DNA of 64,000 nt, taken from positions 12,524,001 to 12,588,000 of the forward strand of contig CM120641.1 of the NCBI GenBank assembly GCA_051362555.1, written 5' to 3'. Numbering within the stretch: position 1 is the stretch's first letter; every line of letters begins with the position of its first letter. The position numbers and the translations under genes are program-made. Positions 13,201-25,200 of this stretch are shown here, in pieces. The DNA comes from Lingula anatina. Lineage: Eukaryota; Animalia; Brachiopoda. The notes beneath the pieces were generated by a model. It was given only the letters and a program-made list of their open reading frames with translations, searched no databases and had not been told where the DNA came from.

Positions 13201-16200
13201 ATGCGATCTGACACACACCTTGAAAACGGGTAGTGTGTTCTGATAAACCGGTTTATACTGGACCTGTAGGTGCCGAGTCTGGTAGTTGGGAAGGCCTGGA
13301 CACTTTACCTCTGAAGATAACTTTCTTTAAAAAATAACCCACATCCTTTATCATCTTGTGAGTATATCTTGAGGAACTTTTTAATTGATTATGAAGGATG
13401 TTTACTTTACCAGTAATCACTAATCCACTGTATTTCAGGTTGTTGTAAATGAAGAAGGCGTTCACTCTCTGATCATCAGGGTGGTCACAGAGCAGGAGGC
13501 TGGTACTTACACATGCATTGCTACCAACAAGGGTGGCACTGACATGTTCCAGGTCAACCTGAACATACTGCGTGAGTGAACTTGTATTGTAGTTGTCAAG
13601 TTTTCTTTTTTTCATGCAGATATGTTGTTATTTATTTTTAAATAATTTTTTGAGGCTCTAATATTCAGTATCTATTTGGAATTATTTTTAGTGCTTATAG
13701 AATTGTCCAAATGTCAATTTGCTCTCTGTCAGTTTTAATGGTGGCATGTACTGCAAAAAGTATATGACCTTGATATACATTGCTAAGGGTAACTAAAAAT
13801 ATTGACCCTCAAAACAATGTTTCATTAAAAAATTACCATATCATTATGACAGAGACCCAGCACCTTATGCCACCACGTTTCACAGACCGCATGCACAACA
13901 TCTCCGTGAAGGCGCACACACCAGTCACCTTCCACTGCGCAGCCACAGGCGTCCCAGTGCCCATGATGAGCTGGCAGAAGGATGGCATCTACATCACCCC
14001 CACAGACAAGTACAGGGTAGAGACAGACCAGGGCCGATCTTCTCTGTATATTGATAACCCCGATGGCTCTGATAATGCCTGGTTTCAGTGCTCTGCTGTT
14101 AATATCGCTGGCAGTGCATCTACCAGGGCCAAGCTCACTGTAGAAGGTAAAAAGAAGGAATGAATGGAATTATTGTGTATGCATATGCTTGTTATTTAGA
14201 TAAATCAAAATTAACTGTAACAGGTAGGCTCAGGATCTGCAGAATATTTTATTTTTGTTTAAACATATTGATAACTGTATGTTTCTGAAATTCGTATGAT
14301 GGCACTAAGAAGATCTTATTTGCAAAGGAAAAAGGAAAAAAGTTCAACTTTAAACATGACTATCACTCTGTAGAACTAATAGGGGTATTAGCTGTGTGTT
14401 TTTGACACCCAGTTAGGGGTAATTGGATTGTTAACTGACTGGCACCTGGACAGGTGATTGACTCAGTATATTAGAGATAAGGTCATCCATTTCTGTAGTA
14501 ATAGGGTCTTTGTCCAGGTGTGGTCCAGAAAGTGTCAGGTCATTTTAACTTCAGCAAATGCTTGGATCATTTCTGCTTTCTTGTGTATTGTATCATAGCA
14601 AGACACCTTGATTAAGTATGGTAAAAATGGATGGTTTTAAAGGCTTGGGACTAAAATTGAAGATCTTATAAATTCATTTCCAGTCGAGACTAAGAAGAAG
14701 GAACCAGAAAGGAAACTGAACATTCCCAAGGCCAAGGCTGTGGCACCAGGGTAAGAATAAACTTAATTTGAATGATAAAATGCAAACACTTGTGTAAAAT
14801 TTACTACAAATAAAGAATTGTCTATATTTGATATTAAAGTGAGACAGAATGTTCCTTTTCAGGTTAAAAACTCCTGTTTAAAACTATGTAGCTGGGTGAC
14901 AGACATGCCAGATGTCAACATTTATTATATTTTTTACTTTGCAGACTTTGCTTTTTTTTTTAGACTTTTAAACATGTTGTATTACAGGTTAGTTAAATTT
15001 GCTATATGAAGTTAAAAAACAGCAATATGCTATTTCAGACAAAGAGATATTGACTTACAATAATATGTGGTGACTGAATTTTTGATAGCGTATTTACAAT
15101 GGTATTGATAGATACAACTGAAGGTTTTTGTGATTTTTGACCATCTGCCATTTATTGTAGCACACTGCCTGTCTCACCTGCACCTATTGCCATACGCAGG
15201 ACTGAGGAAACAATGGAGGTAGACCTGGGGTCCCCACCTGGCTCCCCAGACAAACCTGACCCGGGCTCCCCTCCATATTATCAGATCATAGGCTACTCTG
15301 ACGAATATGCTAGTGGTGTCGCTAAGATTATAAACTATGTGGATTTGCCAAGGTTTGATGTGGCATGTTCTGAGTTTCTAGATGTGGTACATGCATGTCT
15401 GTTGTCGGTTCAGCGTAAGAGGTCTAAAGCCCCCGTTTCTTTGGTCTTTTCTTATTTTGATAGAGATGCTCTTCTTCTCACCTGAGATGAGCATGTGTAT
15501 TTCCCTGCACTCTGTCAGTGCTATTTCGATGCATGATGTGAAGCACATGAAAAATGAAACCTTTTGGTGCTTTTTGCAAAATCTGTAGACATTTGCAAAG
15601 GTAAATCATTAGATTTGTATATACGCATGTGACCTTTAAGTAGCCATTTTATATGGCCTACTTTGGAAACTTCTTCAAGTTTCATTGAAGAAAATTCAAC
15701 TAAAATTTCAGGGGCATGTTTAGATATGTAAATAGAAAAATCATTCTGTTGTGTTTCTGTGAAAAGATGAGAGGACATGTTAAGGCAGATCACCTGCATG
15801 CCAGTAGAAAATTGCACTGCAATATTTTAAGCTGACATATAGGCTTAATTCTTTCTATATACTATACTCCCCTTCTCTCTTCTCTTCTCTGTAGAGCAAC
15901 TTCTCCTGATCTTCCACCTATCACTATACTACAGTTAGACAAGGAGCGTAAGATGCTGAAGATTGTATCACCTCCAAGTTCTCCAGTTAAACTTAAGTCA
16001 CCACCTACTTCACCTGTTAAGCCAAAAACACCACCTGTTGTGCCAGCGAAGCCGAAATCACCTCTGGTCTCACCAGTTATGCCCAAAGCACCACCAAGTG
16101 CACCAGTTAAGGCCAAATCACCACCGTGCACACCGGTGAAAGAAAAGTCACCACCTTCCTCACCACTTAAACCAGACCCTGGCTCTCCTCCTTACTATCA

Positions 16201-19200
16201 GATCATTTCCTACTCTGATGAGAATGCATCTGGCATAGCTAAGATCACAGCTTACACAGACTTCACAAGGTTTGCATAGATGGCATGTTTGTTGTGCATG
16301 GTCCAAGTTCAAAGTACAATTCTTGCTCTTCTGAAAAATTGTTTCATGAACTGTACCCAAGATGATGAAGGTGTTTATTTCTACTGATGTGTAAACAATG
16401 TTAGCAGATACATTCTATAGATCTCAAGGTAACTGTTAAAACCTTCTTATAGTGGAGTTCTAATCCCTTGGAAGAAGTTGTAGACTGTTTGTAGACATTC
16501 CCAACACTCTTGAGGAGGAATTAGTTTTAACACTTTTGCTTATCTTCATATTTGCTCCACAGAGAATTGCAGGAGATGCTTGAAAGGCACAAAGAGGAGT
16601 GGCTCATTCCTATGAGCCCTGAATCTGCAGAGGGAATCCCCACAGAGAGGTCCATGATGGAGATAGATCTACAGAAATCAAGGTCTGTTGGTATTTGCAT
16701 GGTGTGGAGATGGAAAATAAATTACTTTATTCCAACCATAGATTTAGAAACCACTAACTTTATTAAGGAGTGTAATTAGAGGTCAAAGCATGGATTTATC
16801 TTCTTTTCAAGATTGAAGTCAAGCAGATTATATTGCTAGTGTGATTACCAAAAGCATGCCAAAAATTGAATTAGGTCTGCTCTCAAGTAATGTGAAAGTA
16901 ACAAGCATGTGATTTCCTGCAAAGTGATGAAAAAGGGTGCGCATGATACTTTTTGATTGAACTTTATTCAAAAGATTTGGTTACAAGATTGTACTTTTGA
17001 GAAAGGAGAATGGAGCAGTAGTACTAGTAATCAGATCATTGCCAATAATTGACCTTTGTTTTCACCTTCAGTCCTGAGCCCGATCTATATGCCAATGGCT
17101 ACCAAAGCCCTCCTCCAAAGGATGTGCCAGTCCCATCAAAGGGAGGCCTACCTCACAGTTTGTCAGAGGCCAAGATGACTTTGTTGAACTTCCTGCCTCA
17201 TGATATCTCCCAAAGACCTGAGCCGACAGTTGCTTTTGCATTTGGTGACAAAGGTCTTGAGATGTTCCCTCATGAGACCCAGACCCCTCCAACCACCCCT
17301 AACCCTGAAGCTGATATCAGTCTCCCCCATTGGAAGTCTCAGGGTTCTGTCCCTCCTGCTATTTACCCCATGGAGGTAGATGCTGAAGACATTGAAGATA
17401 ATATTATGTCTGATAAACCTTATAAGCCATGGAACAATGGAGATTTGGATGAAGGAGTTCAGTGGAATGGAGTCCAGGAGGATGGTGATGTTTTCGATGT
17501 AGACATGAGGTGCTTACCTATTCTCTTGGCATGGTAGACTCACTGTCAGTATTTTTGCAAGAAAGTCATTTCTGTTCAAAATAGGGACATATCACCTTTG
17601 TTATCATTATATATTTATGCAGTTGATGGTTGTGCATTGAAAGCTTGGTGTAGTGTCACTTTTGGTCGGTTTTCATTCTTGGTTCACTTTCACTTCGGTT
17701 CAAATTACTGTATAAAAATTATGCAAGGCATTTTAATCTGTTCTTGGCCAAACTGGCACTGGTGTGCATGATGTTCTCAGATATTCCATATCAGGTGTTG
17801 GTGGTTGAGTTATGAAACTTGGATAGATAACAGACAGTAGATAATTCACTCAGGCTCTTTTTCTCTCTTGGCACTGAATGATGAAGGTTATTGTAATATT
17901 ATCAGTGAATAATGTCAGTTGTATAATGCAAGATAGCACCTGTTGTTATTGTTCGTTGGTTGGTCCTCAACTGTATGGATATCATCTTCTGTTACCAACT
18001 GTTACTATTTTTATTGTTTTTTGTTTTTTGCATGGAGGCATTGGATTTCATGTTAAGGGCTGAAGATGTTTGACTGATGGCTTATTGATCTGTTTCAAAG
18101 TGTTATTGCTATGCGTTGTGATCAAAGTTTATGATAAGAAAATGTGAGCTATGCTGAACATTGATGCATAGATCATGTAAAGGAGGATTTTGCTTATTTG
18201 TTTCTGTGTTGGTTCTTTACAACCCAATAGGTATTAATGCAATGCTAATCGTTTCTCTTTCCTACATCATTTTGATCAGCATGGTTTGAGTAGTTTTTAA
18301 ATCATTTGACCTGTATTCATAATTTCTAACTTTTTCCATATTCTAGATTTAGTTTGTTTTTCAAGGTCGTTTTGTTGTTTTGAAGCATGGAGCTTCCAGC
18401 AGAGCATGGCCATTGATGAAATGAAGAGAATAGTTATTTAATCCCATTTTGTTCTTTCCTTTAGGGAGGAGGAGGAAGAAGAGCCTAAGCCTCATTGGAT
18501 GGTTAAGCTAAGGTTGATATTCTTTTGAAGCTATGCAAATGAAATAAATACTTAACATAATTAAGTTTACATATTAATTTCATTACAGCGACAGTAACAC
18601 TGTTATTTAAACATTGATCTATACTTGTACTATGCATACTAAACTTTCATATTTTCAAAACTTGAATTGTAACATTTATTATGTACTCCTAATATCTTCT
18701 TAACACCTTAAATCACTTCTTCTCTTTTAATTTTTAGCAACTTTCTTATTTAATTTATACCTTTTTCTCACCTTTGAATACTGCTCTTTTTAACACACCT
18801 CTGGTTGTCTATTAAGGCACGTAGAGCGCTACTCTCCACCTGCTCCTGAGTCTCCCACTACTCCTGTTAAAACAGAGGCTGCGCCTGAAATCAGGTTTGT
18901 TCCCATGTGGTTGTCTGTCTATGGACTGTCTATCTGTCAAAGTGTAACAAAAGGCTGAGCCAATATGATGTTGAAGTTTGAATAGGTTTGTGTTTGTCAT
19001 GTTGATAAGTTCTCAATGAAATATTGTTATTCCATGTCAGCAGCAAGGCAACATAAACTTCAGATTGCTTAAGAAGGACACAACTTTTCCAAAACTTAAT
19101 ATATCTTACTTCCATATCAATTGTTAAATTCTTACTTTTCTTTTTGTTCTTATTGCCTTCTACATTTCATATGCTTGTCTTCTTCTACTTCCAACTATCT

Positions 19201-22200
19201 CATTTCAGACCAGTTCAGGCACCTGTGCTCCCCAAGCCAGCAGTGGCTGCCTTCACTCCTCCAGCACCTCCACCACCCAAACCTGTCACTTTCAAGGTGG
19301 TACCTCCTAAGAAAGCTCCACCTCCAACTGCCCCTAAGCCAACCTGGGCTGAGCTGGAGTTTGCTCCACCACAGCCACCTCCAGCTCCTGTCAGGAGGCG
19401 CCCTAAAACCATATCTAAAGTAGAATGGCCTCCTGCACCTGTTCCTGCAGAAACTGCAGAGTGGGAGCCTCCTGATGTGCTGCCACCTATTGCAGGGGCA
19501 AGCCCAGGATGGAGGCATGTCAGTGCACCTGTAGGTGGGGTTTCTATTGTCCCTCCCCCGGCACAAGGTGGGTTTGAACCATCTGGTGTACCACCTTTTG
19601 TGACTTCAGAAGGTTTTGAGCCGAGGTCGATGGAGCCTAGGCAGCCATCTCCACCTAAGCTGGTTGCCGCCCAAGTTTCTTTTGACAAGAGGTCTGTCTT
19701 TATTTCTTTGCTTGCCTTTGACCTTTTAGTATTTTCTTTCTGCTCGATAGTTCCTTTAAATCTGTTTCAGCATAGTGAGTTGGCAATTTTCATCATAACT
19801 TTTATTTAATAAGTTATCATGTTTGAATATTTTAGTTGATTTTTCAATGTTTGATTGCATGCATTTTTAGTGAAGAAGTTAAGGCAGATGACTTTGAAGA
19901 CCCTAGCATGATTCAACAAGATTTGGATCCTGTAACACATTTCCAACAGATATCTACTAAAAGCATTGATGATGATGATGATGATGATGATTATGATGAT
20001 GTTGAGCTTTGTAATAGAGAAATAGATGTTTACAGTGATGCTGGTGGCACTGAACAAATTGGTGCAGTTGTTATTGGTGATGACCATGCTGACCATGAAC
20101 TTGATGGCAGTACTCAGATAGTCAGTGAACAAAGACATAATGTTACTGAGACCAGGGTTCAAAGTGAACAGATTTTTGAAAGTATAGAGACGGATAATGC
20201 AGTCAGTGGACAGGATGACACTGCTATCAGTGTTGATAGTGAAAAAACTGTGCATACTGTTGAGCATGCTTTCAAAAACTTTGAGCCAACAGATTTTGAT
20301 GATGTTGTGGATGATTTTAACTCTGGTAAATTGAGTGTGTCAGTAACAACTGCATGGAGACCCCTGTCTGATGATGTTTCCCAGAAGCCCTTCGAAGATA
20401 TTCCTCAGCAGAAAACTGAAGTCACAGTTGAGCAGATGGCGCTGCAGCAGGAAGATGACAGGTGCGCCATCTATCTGCTAATACATACTGGGGCAGATGG
20501 GGCAACACGAACACTTGCTTATAATAACAAATGCTTAAAGTTATGTCTAACAAACTAACGGTCATTTTATTTCAGAGGAGAGTTTTCTTAATTTTTGCAT
20601 GTATTTTGCTCTGCTTTAGGGACTGCTTATATATCCAATTATAGCCTGGAGTATAAGAGGTTTTCCTTTTGAAGAGAATCTTGCTTTGAAAATGTAATGC
20701 TTTCCAACTTTCAGGATTTTCTGTTGGCTTTGGTTTATTAAAACTTTAGTTACAGACTGCAATTATATTTAAATCAGGTGGCATTTGGTGTTGAGGATTG
20801 CTACACTCTATATTTCTTGCTGGGAGAAGCTTTTGCTTTATGATCTATTGGCCAGTAAAATTTAAATGTTTAACTTTAAAATTACATCTCTTATTGTATG
20901 TGCTATGACTGTCTACCACAAGTGCACACACACATTCAAAAAACGGATATATTAAATTTATTTTGAAGATGATACAGGGTAAGCGTGTGTCATTCCTTTA
21001 TTGCTGTTGTGACATTTCAGACCTGGTGCCCCTCCTGCGCCAGCGCCTACCGCCTTACAGGTGGTCTCTGTGGACACTCCAACAGAAAGGTAGCATTTTC
21101 TGTTCATTGCTTAATGCTTGGTATCATATCATGCTTGTACAATTGTCTTTGTCTACTGTCTCACAGCACTTTTAACCATATATAAATAGGCATCAATGTT
21201 CTTTTTACTTATAACAGATTCCAAACAACCCATTATTTATTGAATGGTGATCGTTATTTGGATGACCATTAAGTGAAATCAAATGCCCATGTTCATAGTG
21301 CTTTGGCTAACCCATCACCTTTTCTATTGTTTATTTGTCAGTTTTGATTTTTATCTTCTACTTATTATATGGCTAAAAGTTTGGCAGTGTATTATTGAGT
21401 GTATAATCTTGTGATATACCAGGCTTTATGTATGAACATGTGCACCGCTTCGCCAGTTTCACATCATGGGAGAAATGCTTTAATGCTTATATGTGCTTAT
21501 TGTCTTGTTTAACTGCATATCCTAAACTGGCAGGTTGACTTAAGTCAATGGAATATCATTGCAGTACTTACTTAACTTACTTACTTAACGAAAGGCATTT
21601 AATTGTATGCAAATGTTTCCTTTACCGTTCTTCTTATTTTTTAATGTTTCAGTATTTGTTTACATGTTGAAAATTGTTTAACAAACTGCTATTATGACTA
21701 ATCTTAAATGTTTCCTTATATTATTATATTTATAAAAGCTATGTTTTTGCATGCATTTACAGCTTATAGCTTAATATTTCATGTTAACTTATGTTTCACC
21801 TCTAATTGGGTCACGTTTTTGGATCTCAGTGTAAAAGCTATCTTTAAAATAAATGTGCTTGCTTGTTTTGTCTGTTTGGTTATGGGGTTGACACTTATGT
21901 AATCTGTTTGCTTGTATGTTAATTATAATTTCTAATTTTTATCATTTTGCACATTGTTAGAGTTATAGACTGGTAAACACATATTTAATGATCACTGTTT
22001 TGCTTATATCATTCTTCAGATTTTATACATTCTATGATTTTTTTTTTTGTCATTTTTTAGGTATTATTGTAGTTAAATAGTTGCAGTTTTTATGATCATT
22101 TTCTGTATGTTTTTTATGAATAGGTTTATGTTCATATCATTTCTATTGTTTATTTTTCATAAAAAAGCCATTTATTTTATGATACCGTGGTATACCATTG

Positions 22201-25200
22201 CGTTATTATATGTAGAGTGAACAGAAATGACCTTCCTATTATATAATTCTCTGGCCAGATGTATTACATGGAATCCACTGTGGCAATTTCAAGTTGACAG
22301 AGAATCCAGATTGCTTATAATCTCTATTTATTCCCTATTGTAGAACTGCACCATGGAGGAAGGCTAGACCAACCACACCCCCTAAGGTACCCCCTAAGCC
22401 AATGAGGGTGACTATTCCAGTAGGTGCACCTGTCCCAGGGGCACCACTCCAGGTTTCCACAGAGAGCAGAGTTTTACCAGAACAGCCCACTGCAGAAAGG
22501 TTCATATCGCATGACCTGTGTGCAGTTGTTTTCTCATTGTTATCATTTATTTTAATTGGTTTTCAGCCACCCCACCCTGCATGCTTCATTTTTGTTTTCA
22601 CCGAGTCTGTGTTTAAATATGGATTTTTCTTTTTGTGTATGAATGTGTAATTTTGTGTATTTTTGTTTTAGCAAAGGGAAAAATATCAGTTATCACCCAG
22701 ACATGCTGCACTATGTTAGAGATTCAGTATTTGAATTGCTTTGTGTACAACAAACCCCATGTTGAATGTAAAAAGTGACTGTTTTTTTTAAATTAAAACC
22801 TTTTCATTTACTTTGCCATTCTCCTTATAGAGCATTGCCATTGCTTAATACTTAAATAGATGTTTATTTAGTACAAACTTTGCTTTTTGCCTTGAATTTT
22901 TTTTAATTGCCTAAAAAATTAATTCACACAAAATCGCTTTTTGCTTTAGAGATACCTAAGTTAGGGTTTATTATTATTATTTTGCACATTTCACATTTTT
23001 TTATTTTGACTAATAAGTATGATTTTGAATAGATGCTTTTTTTCTTTTAAAAATTGCCTACGTAGTGATATTTTTTTCAGCATCTTTTTTCTAACAAATT
23101 TTTATTTGCTGTAAGATGTGAATTCTTATCCAATTTTACTTTATTTTAGTTGCTATTTTTAATCCAATTATCATATAGAGAACTTCAAAATAATTTCAAA
23201 GTAGAAAACAATAACAGTTAACTTAGCTGTTTTTTAGCAACAAGTATCTTCTGTTGCTTCATCTTTTCTCCTATATGTTTGACTTACTTAGACATAACTT
23301 AATTATTTTACAATTTTGGCGAGATGGCAGTTCCAGTTGGAGAAATTGGTAATGAAAGGGTTTTTGGGCTGTTTTGAGTAATACCAGTTAACAAAGATTT
23401 TTTCCTTTCTGTCACTGAATTCTCTCCTGAATAGAGTGAAACTGTATGTGCGAAAAGATTTGTCTAAATGTCTTTTTCTCCCATTCTCTTTCCTTTGTGT
23501 TTTTCCCGTTACGTGCACAGGGAACCCTTCAAGCCTCAAAAGATGAGGAAAGATGTGTTGATCCTGAGATCATCCAGGTTAGATCCTATGAACAGTTTGT
23601 TAGGTGTGACATTCATTGTGCTGAATGTGATGCTCAAGCGTGCTGTGATATATATATTCAAAGTTTTGGCTCAAAACCTCTTCTGAGTTTCAGTGCAAAT
23701 ATTATAATTCTGGTAAAATGTTTCCAGGCTTGAAGCTAAAAGGAATGATGCTTTTTGATATTCAGCTTCCATTAATTAATTAATTTGGAGATGAAACATT
23801 GTTATTTCATTGAAAAAATCTACCAACTTTTCTCCCATTTTGGTAATCACAACCTATTGTTAATCTGACCTGCTGCTTTGGTGAGACGCAACCACCTGCT
23901 GCCATGGTTAATTCTTCTCTTAATGCATATCAGACATACCTATCATTTTCTGCTCTCAGCTAATGCAAAATCTGGCATTCCTTCACATAGAAAAGTCCAT
24001 GGTTCCACTTTGCTTTCATGTTGCACACTAACTGTAAATATTGTAACTCTCATCAGTGAAGGAAACAGTCCCCCCCCCCCCCCCCCCAAATGAGTTTTGT
24101 GTCATGATTTCAGTGCTGTCAGTTTTGATTTCAGGTTCTTGGCAATGTTCACTTAATTATTACCCACTCATTGCTATTTTCCAATTGTTTTCCAGGTGTG
24201 TTTTGTTTTACATTGTTGCATTGTCTGCATGAGAATCCTCACATTTTATAATCCCATTGGTGACAATTCTGCATGTATGCCTGGCTATAACCCAACCTTG
24301 AGCTTGTCCTTGATCTTATTTAACCAATTACTCATTTACCATGTGATCATTTCAGTGGTGCTGCAGCTCACAAAGAATATATCCTATATGGGGAGCCACC
24401 AGCTCCAGCAGATATCTATGACAAGAGCAAACAGAGACCTCCAGAGTTCAAAACAAGACCCAAAGACTTGCCACAACTGGTAGAGACAGATGCCGCCCAT
24501 TTTGAGTGCCGCCTGGTACCAGTGGGTGACCCACACATGGTGGTGGAGTGGTTCTTTAATGGACAACTTCTCCGTCATGGTAAGTCATTTGGAAGAAAGG
24601 GATATTTCAAGGGAGTAGGATAGCCATTTTGATTTTTAACCAAAGTGTGATCTTGACTAACTGGGAAATTTAGCTTACACCTGTTATTGCAAAAAAAAAA
24701 AAAAAAAAAAATGCGGTATATTTTATTAGCATGTTTTCAAGCCTTCAGTTTTGTGGTGAAATAAGTTATTCTATCACTGTTTAGTTGCTCTCTGGCTCTT
24801 TATTGTTATGAAAAATGAAACTGATTTTTCTTCTTATTTCAGGGCATCGTTTCAGAACTACTCATGACTTTGGTTTTGTTGCTCTGGACATACTGTACAC
24901 CTACCCAGAGGACTCGGGAGAATATGTTGTCAGGGCCACTAACTACTACGGTACTGATGAGGCTAGGGCAGTACTCAAGTGTAAAGGTGGGTGCAAAATA
25001 TCCATTGTAGGAGGTTTTTACCATGAATAATGATGATGACACCACAAGAAACCTTGCAACACTTAAATACTTGAGTTCAGGTGAAGGAAGCGAATTGTTC
25101 AGCCATTTATCTTAAAAATTTATCACTGACAGGATGTCCGTTTTGATGTTTTATTGCTGTTTTACTCACTGTGTAGGGTAAATTTATCCTTGAGTTATGC

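Noticed and set aside
18347-18373. Strong-looking acceptor (ttctaac...ttctag) with possible AG|gtcgtt and nearby GCATG
   Set aside because: Would give a 19-nt frameshifting exon with intron-like composition; possible poison exon but unsupported
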